32,000 bases of DNA, taken from positions 810,001 through 842,000 of the forward strand of contig NC_007969.1 in assembly GCF_000013905.1 (NCBI RefSeq), written 5' to 3'. Numbering within the stretch: position 1 is the first letter of the stretch; each line of letters begins with the position of its first letter. Source of the DNA: Psychrobacter cryohalolentis K5. Lineage in GTDB: Bacteria; Pseudomonadota; Gammaproteobacteria; Pseudomonadales; Moraxellaceae. Positions 17,358 through 25,472 of the stretch are shown here, one piece after another. Both the position numbers and the translations under genes were made by a program. The notes below the pieces were generated by a model that searched no databases, was not told the origin of the DNA, and saw only the letters and a program-made list of their open reading frames with translations.

Positions 17358-19064
17358 TTAAATGACTGCCACTTCTCTAAACATACCGGCTTCCATGTGA
17401 TAGAGCAGATGACAATGCCATGCCCATCGACCAGCTTCTCCTGTGACATCAAAGCTGATTTTTTGTGCCGGCTGCACCATAATAGTATGCTTGCGCACCT
17501 GAAACTCGCCGTTAGGCATGCGCAAATCGCTCCACATGCCGTGTAAATGCATCGGATGATTCATCATCGTGTCATTGACTAAGGTAATACGCACGCGCTC
17601 ACCCGGCTTAATATTAACCGGTGTCGCTTCACTGAACTTAACCCCATCAAACGCCCAGATATAGCGCTCCATGTTACCGGTTAAATGTAGCTCGATCTCT
17701 CGGGTAGGCTTGCGCTGCTCTGCAAATATTGCCTCATCGACAGAGCGCAGCTGGCTATAGTTCAGCACCTTTCTATCAATGTTACGCAGGTTAATACCTG
17801 GATCATCAAGGTTCATACGCGGACTGTCCACACGCATATCAGACTTAAAGTCATACTCAGTTTTGGCATGCTTGGCTTTATAACCATTAGCACCCATAGC
17901 GCCCATCATATCTGCCATGGTGAGCCATTCTATTTTGTCCATAGCAGGCGTTGCCGCACGAGCGCCTTCTTTGGTGGCAAGCGTTGCGGCAACATAGCCT
18001 GAACGGTCTATGTTTTGGGCGAATATGGTATGCGCCTCTTTGGTAGGGGTAACGATGACATCGTAGGTCTCAGCCACGCCAATACGAAAATCATCAATCG
18101 CAACGGGTGCGACATCAATACCATCGGTTGCCACCACAGTCATTTTGAGACCGGGTATGCGCACATCAAAGATGGTTTGCGCTGAAGCATTGATAAAGCG
18201 TAATTTAACGCGCTGTCCTGCTTTGACGATTTGCGCCCAATTAGCCGCGGTGGTTTTGCCATTCATAAGATAGGTGAAGGTGTTTTCGCCCGACAAGTCA
18301 GTAAAATCAGTGGGCATCATGCGCATCTGATTCCACATTTTGCGTTTATCAAACGCGGTTTTCATATCTGTTTCGGCAATATCAGACAGTAGCTTCTTGA
18401 AGTCTGGCAGATGATAGTTATCAAAATCTGCGCGCTGTTTGAGCAGTTTTAAGAGATTATGCGGGTTGCGGCTGGTCCAATCACTGAGCACGATCACGTG
18501 GTCTTCTTCGATAGGATGACGCTCACGACCTTTAGGTTCAATCACAATGGCACCCAGCATACCGGTTTGTTCTTGGAACCCACTGTGTGAGTGATACCAA
18601 TAGGTGCCTGATTGTTTTAATTTGAATTTATAAGTAAAGGTGCTGTTTGCAGGAATGCCATCAAAGCTAATACCCGGTACCCCATCCATCTCAAACGGTA
18701 CTAGTAGTCCATGCCAATGAATAGAGGTGGATTCATCCATCTGATTATGAACACGTATCACCACCGTATCGCCCTCAACCATCTTTAGCGTCGGTGCTGG
18801 CAGTGAATTATTGATGAGCGTTGCCATGCTCTTTTTACCGTTGACAATAGCGGACTGTTTACTGACGTATAAGTCAAACTCTTTACCGGTCAATATAGGC
18901 ACTTTATGAGTGTTTTGATCACTATTGATAGTAGCACCCTGACTGCCTGAACGACTTGAGTGTCCCAATGCACTACTGGCAATGGTCGGTATCAAGGAAG
19001 CGCCAAGGACAGCGGAGGATCCAGTTAAAAAACGTCGGCGGTTCAATATGTTCTGTTTATTCAT
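17358..19064 (-). CDS. copA: copper resistance multicopper oxidase CopA/PcoA
   Basis: 568 aa. Tat signal NRRRFLTGSS. Copper-ligand motifs HWHG, HSH, HPMHLHG and HCHLLYHMEAGM. Confidence 0.92.
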   Translation of the reverse strand: MNKQNILNRRRFLTGSSAVLGASLIPTIASSALGHSSRSGSQGATINSDQNTHKVPILTGKEFDLYVSKQSAIVNGKKSMATLINNSLPAPTLKMVEGDTVVIRVHNQMDESTSIHWHGLLVPFEMDGVPGISFDGIPANSTFTYKFKLKQSGTYWYHSHSGFQEQTGMLGAIVIEPKGRERHPIEEDHVIVLSDWTSRNPHNLLKLLKQRADFDNYHLPDFKKLLSDIAETDMKTAFDKRKMWNQMRMMPTDFTDLSGENTFTYLMNGKTTAANWAQIVKAGQRVKLRFINASAQTIFDVRIPGLKMTVVATDGIDVAPVAIDDFRIGVAETYDVIVTPTKEAHTIFAQNIDRSGYVAATLATKEGARAATPAMDKIEWLTMADMMGAMGANGYKAKHAKTEYDFKSDMRVDSPRMNLDDPGINLRNIDRKVLNYSQLRSVDEAIFAEQRKPTREIELHLTGNMERYIWAFDGVKFSEATPVNIKPGERVRITLVNDTMMNHPMHLHGMWSDLRMPNGEFQVRKHTIMVQPAQKISFDVTGEAGRWAWHCHLLYHMEAGMFREVAVI

Positions 19065-19216
19065 AATGATGACCTAATTTAATTTGAGAGATGGTGGTTA
19101 AGCTTATGGTTATAATATTTAACGATACGTCAATTACGATTGGGAATCTTATTAAGCCGCTTTTGATGCTACTCACATTCAATTTATCCAGATCTCAGCC
19201 AAAACAATCATCAAAA

Positions 19217-19855
19217 TTATAGTTGCTGCTGAGGAGAATCAATAGCGGCATAAACTTCTGTGGTGCCGTCTTTATTAAGCTGCATTACTTTATAAGGCAT
19301 GAATTTATCTTGATATTCCATACCGGGGCTGCCAACTGGCATACTAGGTACGGCAAGACCAATGGCTGATATAGGAGGATTTTCTAAGAACTGAGCCATG
19401 TGTTTAGCAGGGACATGTCCTTCAAAGACGAAACCGTCGGTAGTAACGGTGGTATGACAAGAGCGCATTTGCTGAGGTACGCCATAGCGATCTTTGAATA
19501 AAGAGACATCTGCCACATCTTGCGCGGTTGCACTTAATCCATTGTCTTTTGCATAGCCTACCCATTCTTTACAGCAGCCACAGTTGGCATCTTTATAGAC
19601 GGTCGCTGAGACGTTTTTGAGTAATGATGACGGGTCGATTGCAGGAGCATCTGCCGGAGCCGAACTTTCGTTTTGTACTTGTGCATTCTGAGTAGCAGAC
19701 TGTTCAACCTTTACTGGTTGAGAATCAGGGACACTGGTAGTAGATTGGCTACAAGCGGCTAGTGTAAGGGGTAGTGCTGATACCGCCATCAATAAAAGGA
19801 CACGACCGGATAACCAGTGATGTCCATTAGAAAACCCGTGTATGTAATGTCTCAT
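19217..19855 (-). CDS. copG: DUF411 / CopG-like periplasmic copper-binding lipoprotein
   Basis: Lipobox LAAC. Conserved CGCCKEW (CxCC), SCHTT and MPVGSPGME motifs of DUF411. ATG 19855 sits behind SD AAAGGTGA; the ORF track starts one codon earlier at TTG. Confidence 0.8.
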   Translation of the reverse strand: MRHYIHGFSNGHHWLSGRVLLLMAVSALPLTLAACSQSTTSVPDSQPVKVEQSATQNAQVQNESSAPADAPAIDPSSLLKNVSATVYKDANCGCCKEWVGYAKDNGLSATAQDVADVSLFKDRYGVPQQMRSCHTTVTTDGFVFEGHVPAKHMAQFLENPPISAIGLAVPSMPVGSPGMEYQDKFMPYKVMQLNKDGTTEVYAAIDSPQQQL

Positions 19856-20011
19856 CAAATCACCTTTAAGTGTCTATTATTATGCTCGATACTCTAAAAA
19901 CTGGACCCTATATTTGTGGTCTTAACTAAAAACGTTAAATGCAGCACCGTACAGTACTGCATTGTTAATAACGATAACGTTTAATGATGATGCTTCTATA
20001 TACAGATAGGG

Positions 20012-20632
20012 TTAATGCTGCATTCCAGAACCATCTTCCGACATCTCCATACCCATACCATCATCCGACATATTCATATCACCATCAAATGACATGTCCA
20101 TCATATCGCCATCTATCCGAGTGGTTAGCATCGTGTACTGAGCTTCATCTAATTCAGGTAGCGATCTGATAAAAGCGACCATTGCCCACATTCTATCGTC
20201 ATCATGGGAGGCGCCCCATGCAGGCATTCCCGAAGCCATAATGCCATGTTTGATGGCCCAAAAGCTTTGCTTTGCACCATCCTCAGTTTGATAACGTTTG
20301 ACGATATCAGCCTTGGTAAAGTTGGGCGGCTTTGGATATAAGCTTTCGCTAAAGTCAGTTTGTGCCACTCCCGGAGACAAGTGACAGCCTGCACACATAT
20401 CCTTATAGTCCGCGCCACCAGAGCTGATCATGTCAACCTTCTCTAAGTCTGGTACCACAATATCTTTACTGGCAGTTTGTATAGAACGATTGCGCGCAGT
20501 TTCTAAGAAGCTATACATCATTGGGCTATGCTCTTGGTCTGCACCCACGTTGACAATACCGCTGCTGACAACCGCAAACATCCCAACGATTGCCACAAAT
20601 AAAGTAAAGAGCACACCCAATAAAAACTTCAT
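20012..20632 (-). CDS. membrane-anchored mono-haem c-type cytochrome with Met/Asp-rich C-terminal tail
   Basis: N-terminal TM helix, a single CAGCH haem motif, a candidate axial Met in GMPAWG, and the tail DGDMMDMSFDGDMNMSDDGMGMEMSEDGSGMQH. Confidence 0.8.
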   Translation of the reverse strand: MKFLLGVLFTLFVAIVGMFAVVSSGIVNVGADQEHSPMMYSFLETARNRSIQTASKDIVVPDLEKVDMISSGGADYKDMCAGCHLSPGVAQTDFSESLYPKPPNFTKADIVKRYQTEDGAKQSFWAIKHGIMASGMPAWGASHDDDRMWAMVAFIRSLPELDEAQYTMLTTRIDGDMMDMSFDGDMNMSDDGMGMEMSEDGSGMQH

Positions 20633-20710
20633 ATATTTTCCTAAAAACTTATTTCCGTTAATTTCTCTCTGCTATTAGAGAGGAGCTGTGAGTTAACAGA
20701 GCTGAAATTT

Positions 20711-20983
20711 TTAAGATTTACTGTCAGTAGTCACACAATGTTTTTGGTACATTTGCTTCATTTTGCTCATATTGGCCATCATGGCTTTCATAGCAGGGTC
20801 ATTCATGTCCATCTTGCTATGATCCATTTTTCCCATCATTTGCATGTGCTTTTGCATCTTTTCACAGTTCATTTGATCTTTTTCAGCATGCATTTTAGGG
20901 TCATGCGCTAGAGCTGAGGTTGATACAACAAGAGCGATGGCAGTTGCTACGATTGATTTAGTCAGTGCTTTAAATTTCGACAT
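20711..20983 (-). CDS. small secreted Met/His/Lys-rich protein (putative periplasmic copper binder)
   Basis: 90 aa. Signal peptide ending ALA, with predicted mature N-terminus HDPKMH. 17 Met in the ~64 mature residues. SD AGGAA is present and a cop box lies ~100 nt upstream. Confidence 0.7.
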   Translation of the reverse strand: MSKFKALTKSIVATAIALVVSTSALAHDPKMHAEKDQMNCEKMQKHMQMMGKMDHSKMDMNDPAMKAMMANMSKMKQMYQKHCVTTDSKS

Positions 20984-21082
20984 AATTAATTCCTATTGAT
21001 TGGATTAAGAGCTATTGAGGGTAAAGCAGTTAGACCAGCCTCAATGATACATTATTCATTCTGACTGGCACATGACATTAAG

Positions 21083-21098
21083 ATTACAATATTGTCAT
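21083..21098 (-). promoter_or_regulatory. CusR/CopR-type 'copper box'
   Basis: The minus strand reads ATGACAATATTGTAAT. The E. coli CusR box core as I recall it is ATGACAANNTTGTCAT, so there is one mismatch. The TGTAAT half-site resembles pco/cop boxes. Confidence 0.5.
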
Positions 21099-21141
21099 CT
21101 TCACATATTGGGATTTCAATATCCCAAGTAATCTTTTAGTA

Positions 21142-21426
21142 TTACTTCTCGCTATTATAATTTTTCACAAAATATTTTTCAGATTGCAAGTGTTGATCCT
21201 GATGCTGAACCTGACACGCGACTCTCGCATCGACATAACCTTTCATTTGCACGCTAGAAATTTGTGCATCGTTATGATCTGCGTTCTTTGCAAAACTAGT
21301 AACCGCATCACAACTATTAAGAATAGAAGCATCTAAGTTCGTGGTGTGAGCATTGGCCGCTGACATACCAACTAACATTGATACTGAAAGTAAAGCTGCT
21401 TTTTTTAATGTACTATATTTTTTCAT
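21142..21426 (-). CDS. small secreted hypothetical protein, first gene of the cop operon
   Basis: 94 aa. Signal peptide ...MSAANA, with predicted mature N-terminus HTTNLD. Two Cys. SD AAAGGG is present. Divergent from copR. Confidence 0.65.
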   Translation of the reverse strand: MKKYSTLKKAALLSVSMLVGMSAANAHTTNLDASILNSCDAVTSFAKNADHNDAQISSVQMKGYVDARVACQVQHQDQHLQSEKYFVKNYNSEK

Positions 21427-21546
21427 TTAAAACCCTTTGAATTCAAATAATAAATCATTTAAGTAAGATAATTGCCTAACTCATAGAAGCGGTCTATATC
21501 AGAGACAAGCTTCTATGTGGCGTTGATTTAGAATACTAAATAGAGG

Positions 21547-21631
21547 CTGACAGCGAGATGACACGGACATGACGTTTTTGTTAGAAACAAAACAATACTG
21601 TCATCTGCTTGTCATTAGAACCAAATGTCAT
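21547..21631. promoter_or_regulatory. symmetric array of TGACA/TGTCA hexamers in the divergent cop promoter region
   Basis: CTGACA 21547, ATGACA 21558 and ATGACG 21569 are spaced 11 bp apart. They are mirrored by TGTCAT at 21599, 21610 and 21626. Arms 21558-21582 and 21591-21615 match as an inverted repeat at 19/25 positions. Confidence 0.45.
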
Positions 21632-21751
21632 TATCCGCTTTTATCCATAGAGCGCCGTTATAACAAGAACTTTTGATAAATATATAGATGATAATCTAAC
21701 AACGTTAGTGATACGCTGTTGACAAATATAATGATATGAAGGTGGGCGACG

Positions 21752-22468
21752 ATGAAAGTACTGTTAGTAGAAGATGAGCAAAAACTTGGAGAATATATTA
21801 AAAAAGGCTTAACTGAGGCCGGCTTCATCGTGGATCATTATATGACTGGTCTAGATGGCTATCATGCGCTAATGACTGAAGAATTTAGTGTGGTGCTGAT
21901 GGATGTGATGCTACCTGACGTCAGTGGCTTTGAGCTGATACAGCGCTACCGTGCTGCTGAAAAGCATACGCCTGTTTTATTTTTAACCGCTAAAGATGAT
22001 TTAAGCGATCGAATCAAAGGTATTGAAATTGGTGGCGATGATTATCTGACCAAGCCTTTTGCTTTTGCTGAGCTGATTGTTAGAATAAAAAGCCTGTTAC
22101 GCCGTGCCAACCAATCGGACTATAAAAGCACGGTCATACATACCGCTGATCTGAAAATGGATATTGCCAAACGCACTGTATATAGAGGCGACACCCTTAT
22201 CAAACTGACTGCCAAAGAGTTTGCTTTATTACAGTTTTTCCTAGAACGTCAAGGTGAAGTACTGCCACGTACTGTGATTGCCTCGCAAGTATGGGATATA
22301 AATTTTGACAGCGATACCAATGTCATTGACGTAGCTATCAGACGTCTGCGAATCAAAATCGACGATGGTTTTGACACCAAGCTGATTCACACAGTACGCG
22401 GTATGGGCTACAGGTTAGAGCCGCTGGCTGTAGGCGTGGGCGACGATGACAAAGATGATCCAAAATAA
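21752..22468 (+). CDS. copR: heavy-metal response regulator, OmpR family (CopR/CusR)
   Basis: Receiver domain (DVMLPDVSG, phospho-acceptor Asp) plus winged-helix domain (LTAKEFALLQFF...VRGMGYRL). Acidic C-terminal tail. SD AAGGTGG is present. Confidence 0.9.
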   Translation: MKVLLVEDEQKLGEYIKKGLTEAGFIVDHYMTGLDGYHALMTEEFSVVLMDVMLPDVSGFELIQRYRAAEKHTPVLFLTAKDDLSDRIKGIEIGGDDYLTKPFAFAELIVRIKSLLRRANQSDYKSTVIHTADLKMDIAKRTVYRGDTLIKLTAKEFALLQFFLERQGEVLPRTVIASQVWDINFDSDTNVIDVAIRRLRIKIDDGFDTKLIHTVRGMGYRLEPLAVGVGDDDKDDPK

Positions 22469-23957
22469 AATGAGATATAAATTTAAGAATCGACGTTGGC
22501 CGCTGTTATGGCGCACTGTTTTTTTACTGACCATATTTGTTGTCATCTCTCAAGTCACTATTTATATATGGGTCCAGCGCTCTGTTAACGAGCACTTTGA
22601 GCAAATGGACTCAGAGATCATTACTCATGCCGCGTTTAATTTGCGCAAACGTATGGTTGCCTTGGGCGAAGACGTAAAGCCATTAACAGCTTCAAAGTCC
22701 CAATCACTCATTGATGACAATCACCTGCATTCTTCTTGGCTAGATTATGATTTAAAAACGCTAATATCAGATAAAAACGGCAAATTATTATCCAGCGATC
22801 CCAGTAATTTCATCCATGATTTACCGACCGACTTTAGCTTGTTACAACTACGGCAGGACTATCGCGATCAGCAGTTTATGATCAGGATTAATAGTAGACA
22901 TTATCGAGCGATGGTCATTGCAAACCACGAGGCTTTGGCACTTATTGCGCTGCCTATCGATGTTCATCATCAGTATCTAATACATTTTAATCGCCAGCTG
23001 AGCTTGATACTGATCGCGATCACACTATTACTGGTGTCAATTGCCGCATTAAGTGTCTATTGGGGATTTGCACCACTCGCTACTATCGTCCAAAAGATGA
23101 AGAGCATTAATCCTGAACAGTTACATGAAAGAGTGGTGGTCAGTAATATGCCCTTAGAGCTACGACCATTGGCTGAGTCTTATAACTTAATGATGGAAAA
23201 GCTGGAAAGTAATTTTGAATCGTTATCACGCTTCTCAGATAATATTGCCCATGAGCTACGTACTCCGCTGGCGACGCTTGGCACTCAAACCCAAGTGATG
23301 TTAAGTAAGCCTAGAGCGAGCCATGAATATGTTGAGCAGCTGCACCATCAGCATGACACCCTTGAGCAGTTATCTACGCTGATTAATAATATGCTGCTGC
23401 TAGCAAAGACACAAAAAGGGCTGTCTGACTCACAGCTCAATCAGATTGATACCGAGTCAATGTTCACTAAGCTTATTGATTACTATGAGCTAATCGCAGA
23501 AGATCGGAATATCTCTTTTGAAAAGACGGGCAACTTCCAAGCTGTGCTAGGAGATGAAAGCTTATTACAAAGACTGTTCGCCAATCTCATGTCAAATGCC
23601 ATTTATTATGCTGCTAGTGACAGTGTGATTATTATTGAAGCCTCTAGTATTGAGATCCCCACTGTGCCTCATACTGTCACGAGTGATAAGCAAGATATGA
23701 GGTCGTCTATATTAAATCCTGCATCTTTCAAGGTAGTGATCACCAATCGATTGGATCAACCATTGACTCAAGTAGAGGCTGATAAACTGTTTGAGCGCTT
23801 TTACCGTCATGATAAAACGAATACGATGCATTCGGGAACAGGCTTAGGCTTATCTATCGTGCAAGCTATCGCCAATGCCCATAATGGCAAGGTCAGTATT
23901 ACTATAAAAGATGAGTCTTACTTTCAAGTCAATGTTGAGTTGATGATGGCTAGATAA
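22446..23957 (+). CDS. copS: heavy-metal sensor histidine kinase (CopS/CusS)
   Basis: Two TM helices flank a ~150-aa periplasmic domain. HAMP domain, H-box FSDNIAHELRTPL, N-box LMSNAIYYA, G-box GTGLGLSIV. The start may instead be ATG 22470, directly after the copR stop. Confidence 0.88.
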   Translation: MTKMIQNKMRYKFKNRRWPLLWRTVFLLTIFVVISQVTIYIWVQRSVNEHFEQMDSEIITHAAFNLRKRMVALGEDVKPLTASKSQSLIDDNHLHSSWLDYDLKTLISDKNGKLLSSDPSNFIHDLPTDFSLLQLRQDYRDQQFMIRINSRHYRAMVIANHEALALIALPIDVHHQYLIHFNRQLSLILIAITLLLVSIAALSVYWGFAPLATIVQKMKSINPEQLHERVVVSNMPLELRPLAESYNLMMEKLESNFESLSRFSDNIAHELRTPLATLGTQTQVMLSKPRASHEYVEQLHHQHDTLEQLSTLINNMLLLAKTQKGLSDSQLNQIDTESMFTKLIDYYELIAEDRNISFEKTGNFQAVLGDESLLQRLFANLMSNAIYYAASDSVIIIEASSIEIPTVPHTVTSDKQDMRSSILNPASFKVVITNRLDQPLTQVEADKLFERFYRHDKTNTMHSGTGLGLSIVQAIANAHNGKVSITIKDESYFQVNVELMMAR

Positions 23958-23972
23958 ATAAGTATCAAATAA

Positions 23973-24003
23973 GAAAATTCGAGCTTCTCGTCCCACTTAG
24001 CCA
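23973..24003 (+). other. degenerate copy of the tRNA-Asp T-loop/3' acceptor end (possible relic att repeat)
   Basis: GAAAATTCGAGCTTCTCGTCCCACTTAGCCA shares the collinear blocks TTCGAG, CGTCC and GCCA with tRNA-Asp 15415-15437, in the same orientation. It lies 16 nt after the copS stop. Confidence 0.35.
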
Positions 24004-24047
24004 AATAATTAAGACTGTATTTAGATGTTATTGTTTAAGCAAATGTC

Positions 24048-24079
24048 GCCTCGATTATTTACATAATTGAGGCTTTTTT
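24048..24079 (+). terminator. rho-independent terminator after copS
   Basis: Stem GCCTCGATT 24048-24056 / AATTGAGGC 24065-24073 (one G-U pair), followed by TTTTTT 24074-24079. Confidence 0.75.
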
Positions 24080-24414
24080 CTGTTTAAAAATTCTCCAAGT
24101 ATTTCAGCAGCAGATTATTGATCACAGTAACAATATTTCTTCCTCCTTTACAAAATTAATATTCCTGACCATTTAGTCAGTTATTTTAATAAAATCATAA
24201 ACTTAGATGATATCAATAACTTAGAGTACGTTTTTTACTGATATTTGGCGCTAAAATGCAGTTGTCAGCCCTCATAAAACATGCTTAACTGTTTCAAAGT
24301 GTTAATAATTACTGCCGAAATAAGGATTACTGAAATAAGTTATTAAGAAAATCTTTGCAGTTTCAGCAGCATTGATGCTTGTTTTGATGACGTTTTATTT
24401 TTACTGAAAGCTAA

Positions 24415-24537
24415 TAGCCTTTTTCCCTCTAGCAGTACGGGTGCGTTTTAACAGGAAGTTAAACCCCGTTTATAGCCATGATAACCATGATGGCAATGTT
24501 GCTAGGCACCAACGACTGTAAATAAAGGAATACTACT
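24415..24537 (+). promoter_or_regulatory. structured 5' leader (three-way junction with SD-sequestering helix); candidate riboswitch, possibly Moco class
   Basis: Hand fold. CCTTT 24418-22 pairs with AAAGG 24524-28 (the SD). TCTAGCA 24428-34 pairs with TGCTAGG 24500-06. Hairpin A spans 24437-24469 and hairpin B spans 24475-24494. The 3' tail reads GGCACCAACGAC...AAAGGAA, then 7 nt, then GTG. Confidence 0.35.
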
Positions 24538-25308
24538 GTGCGTGATCATTCATCTATAAGCCTATCATTAATCACTAATAAGCTAACCTATGCGCTTGTT
24601 GCCATTGCTGCTTTAGGCGCTATGAGCAGCGTTCAAGCAAAAGTGCTTTTCACTGATACCAGTATCTCAGCGCTTTACGGTACTGATTATGAGCTAGTGC
24701 CTCAAGAAACCTTAACCACCGTTACTTTAGAGCATGCCTCGACCCATACATGGGGTGGTGTATTTTTCTTTGTCGATCGCCATCAAGGTAAAGAAAATGC
24801 AGCAGGTAAAGAGTTTAAGGAAACCTATGGTGAGCTTGCGCCCAAACTTAAGCTAGCAAAGTTTGATAACAGCTTTATCAAACAAGTCAATTTAGCGGGG
24901 CAGTACGAGTTTGGCTCAAACAGTAATGGTTTTAGTCAAGATAACTATTTGGTAGGTGTTGGCGCGGATTTAAATGTCCCTATTCCGGGTATGAAATATG
25001 CATCGGCATCGTTATATCATGCGTTTAATGATAAGGACAATGCTGATGATCAACAGATTACCTTAACCTATGGCTGGGAGAAAAATAACTTTGTCATAGA
25101 TGGTTATGTTGACTATGCATTTAACAGCGAAGATGATTCTGTGAAAGATAATATCCATATCAATCCGCAATTAAAATACAACTTACAAGAAGTGTTAGGT
25201 ATTGATAACCGCTTAGAAGTTGGTATGGAATATAGCTACTGGAAGAATAAATTTGGTAGTGACAAAACGCAGAATGCCGCGAGCGCTTTAGTGAAGTTCC
25301 ATTTTTAA
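24538..25308 (+). CDS. Tsx/OmpK-family outer-membrane channel
   Basis: 256 aa with a GTG start behind SD AAAGGAA. Signal peptide ...SSVQA. Alternating beta-strand pattern. Blocks VGVGADLNVP and GYVDYAFN and the C-terminal ...ALVKFHF are collinear with Vibrio OmpK / E. coli Tsx as I recall them. Confidence 0.7.
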   Translation: MRDHSSISLSLITNKLTYALVAIAALGAMSSVQAKVLFTDTSISALYGTDYELVPQETLTTVTLEHASTHTWGGVFFFVDRHQGKENAAGKEFKETYGELAPKLKLAKFDNSFIKQVNLAGQYEFGSNSNGFSQDNYLVGVGADLNVPIPGMKYASASLYHAFNDKDNADDQQITLTYGWEKNNFVIDGYVDYAFNSEDDSVKDNIHINPQLKYNLQEVLGIDNRLEVGMEYSYWKNKFGSDKTQNAASALVKFHF

Positions 25309-25341
25309 ACAGTTATGAATTTTTAAATATGATTAATAAAG

Positions 25342-25380
25342 CCCTCATGCTAACTTTATCGGTTGGATGAGGGTTTTTTG
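25342..25380. terminator. hairpin terminator after the channel gene (convergent with modB)
   Basis: Stem CCCTCAT 25342-25348 / ATGAGGG 25367-25373, followed by TTTTTTGTTTT. Confidence 0.65.
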
Positions 25381-25472
25381 TTTTGTATGCAAGAAAATCG
25401 AAAGTCAGATAGGCTTAAGAAGAAAATAAAGGTGCTAAAAAACCGCATAAATTTTAAATTTGACTCATGCGC

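Noticed and set aside
15438-24003. Active mobile element (integrative island, transposon)
   Set aside because: No integrase, transposase, recombinase, excisionase or terminal inverted repeats were found on either strand. Only a degenerate tRNA-end repeat remains, so at most this is a relic island (reported as a finding, not as a mobile_element feature).
24415-24537. Purine/nucleoside-class riboswitch upstream of the Tsx-like gene (attractive because Tsx transports nucleosides)
   Set aside because: The three-way junction shape fits. However, the conserved purine-riboswitch strings I recall (loop GATATGG, junction GTTTCTACC, J3/1 GACTAT) are absent and the junction strands are too short.
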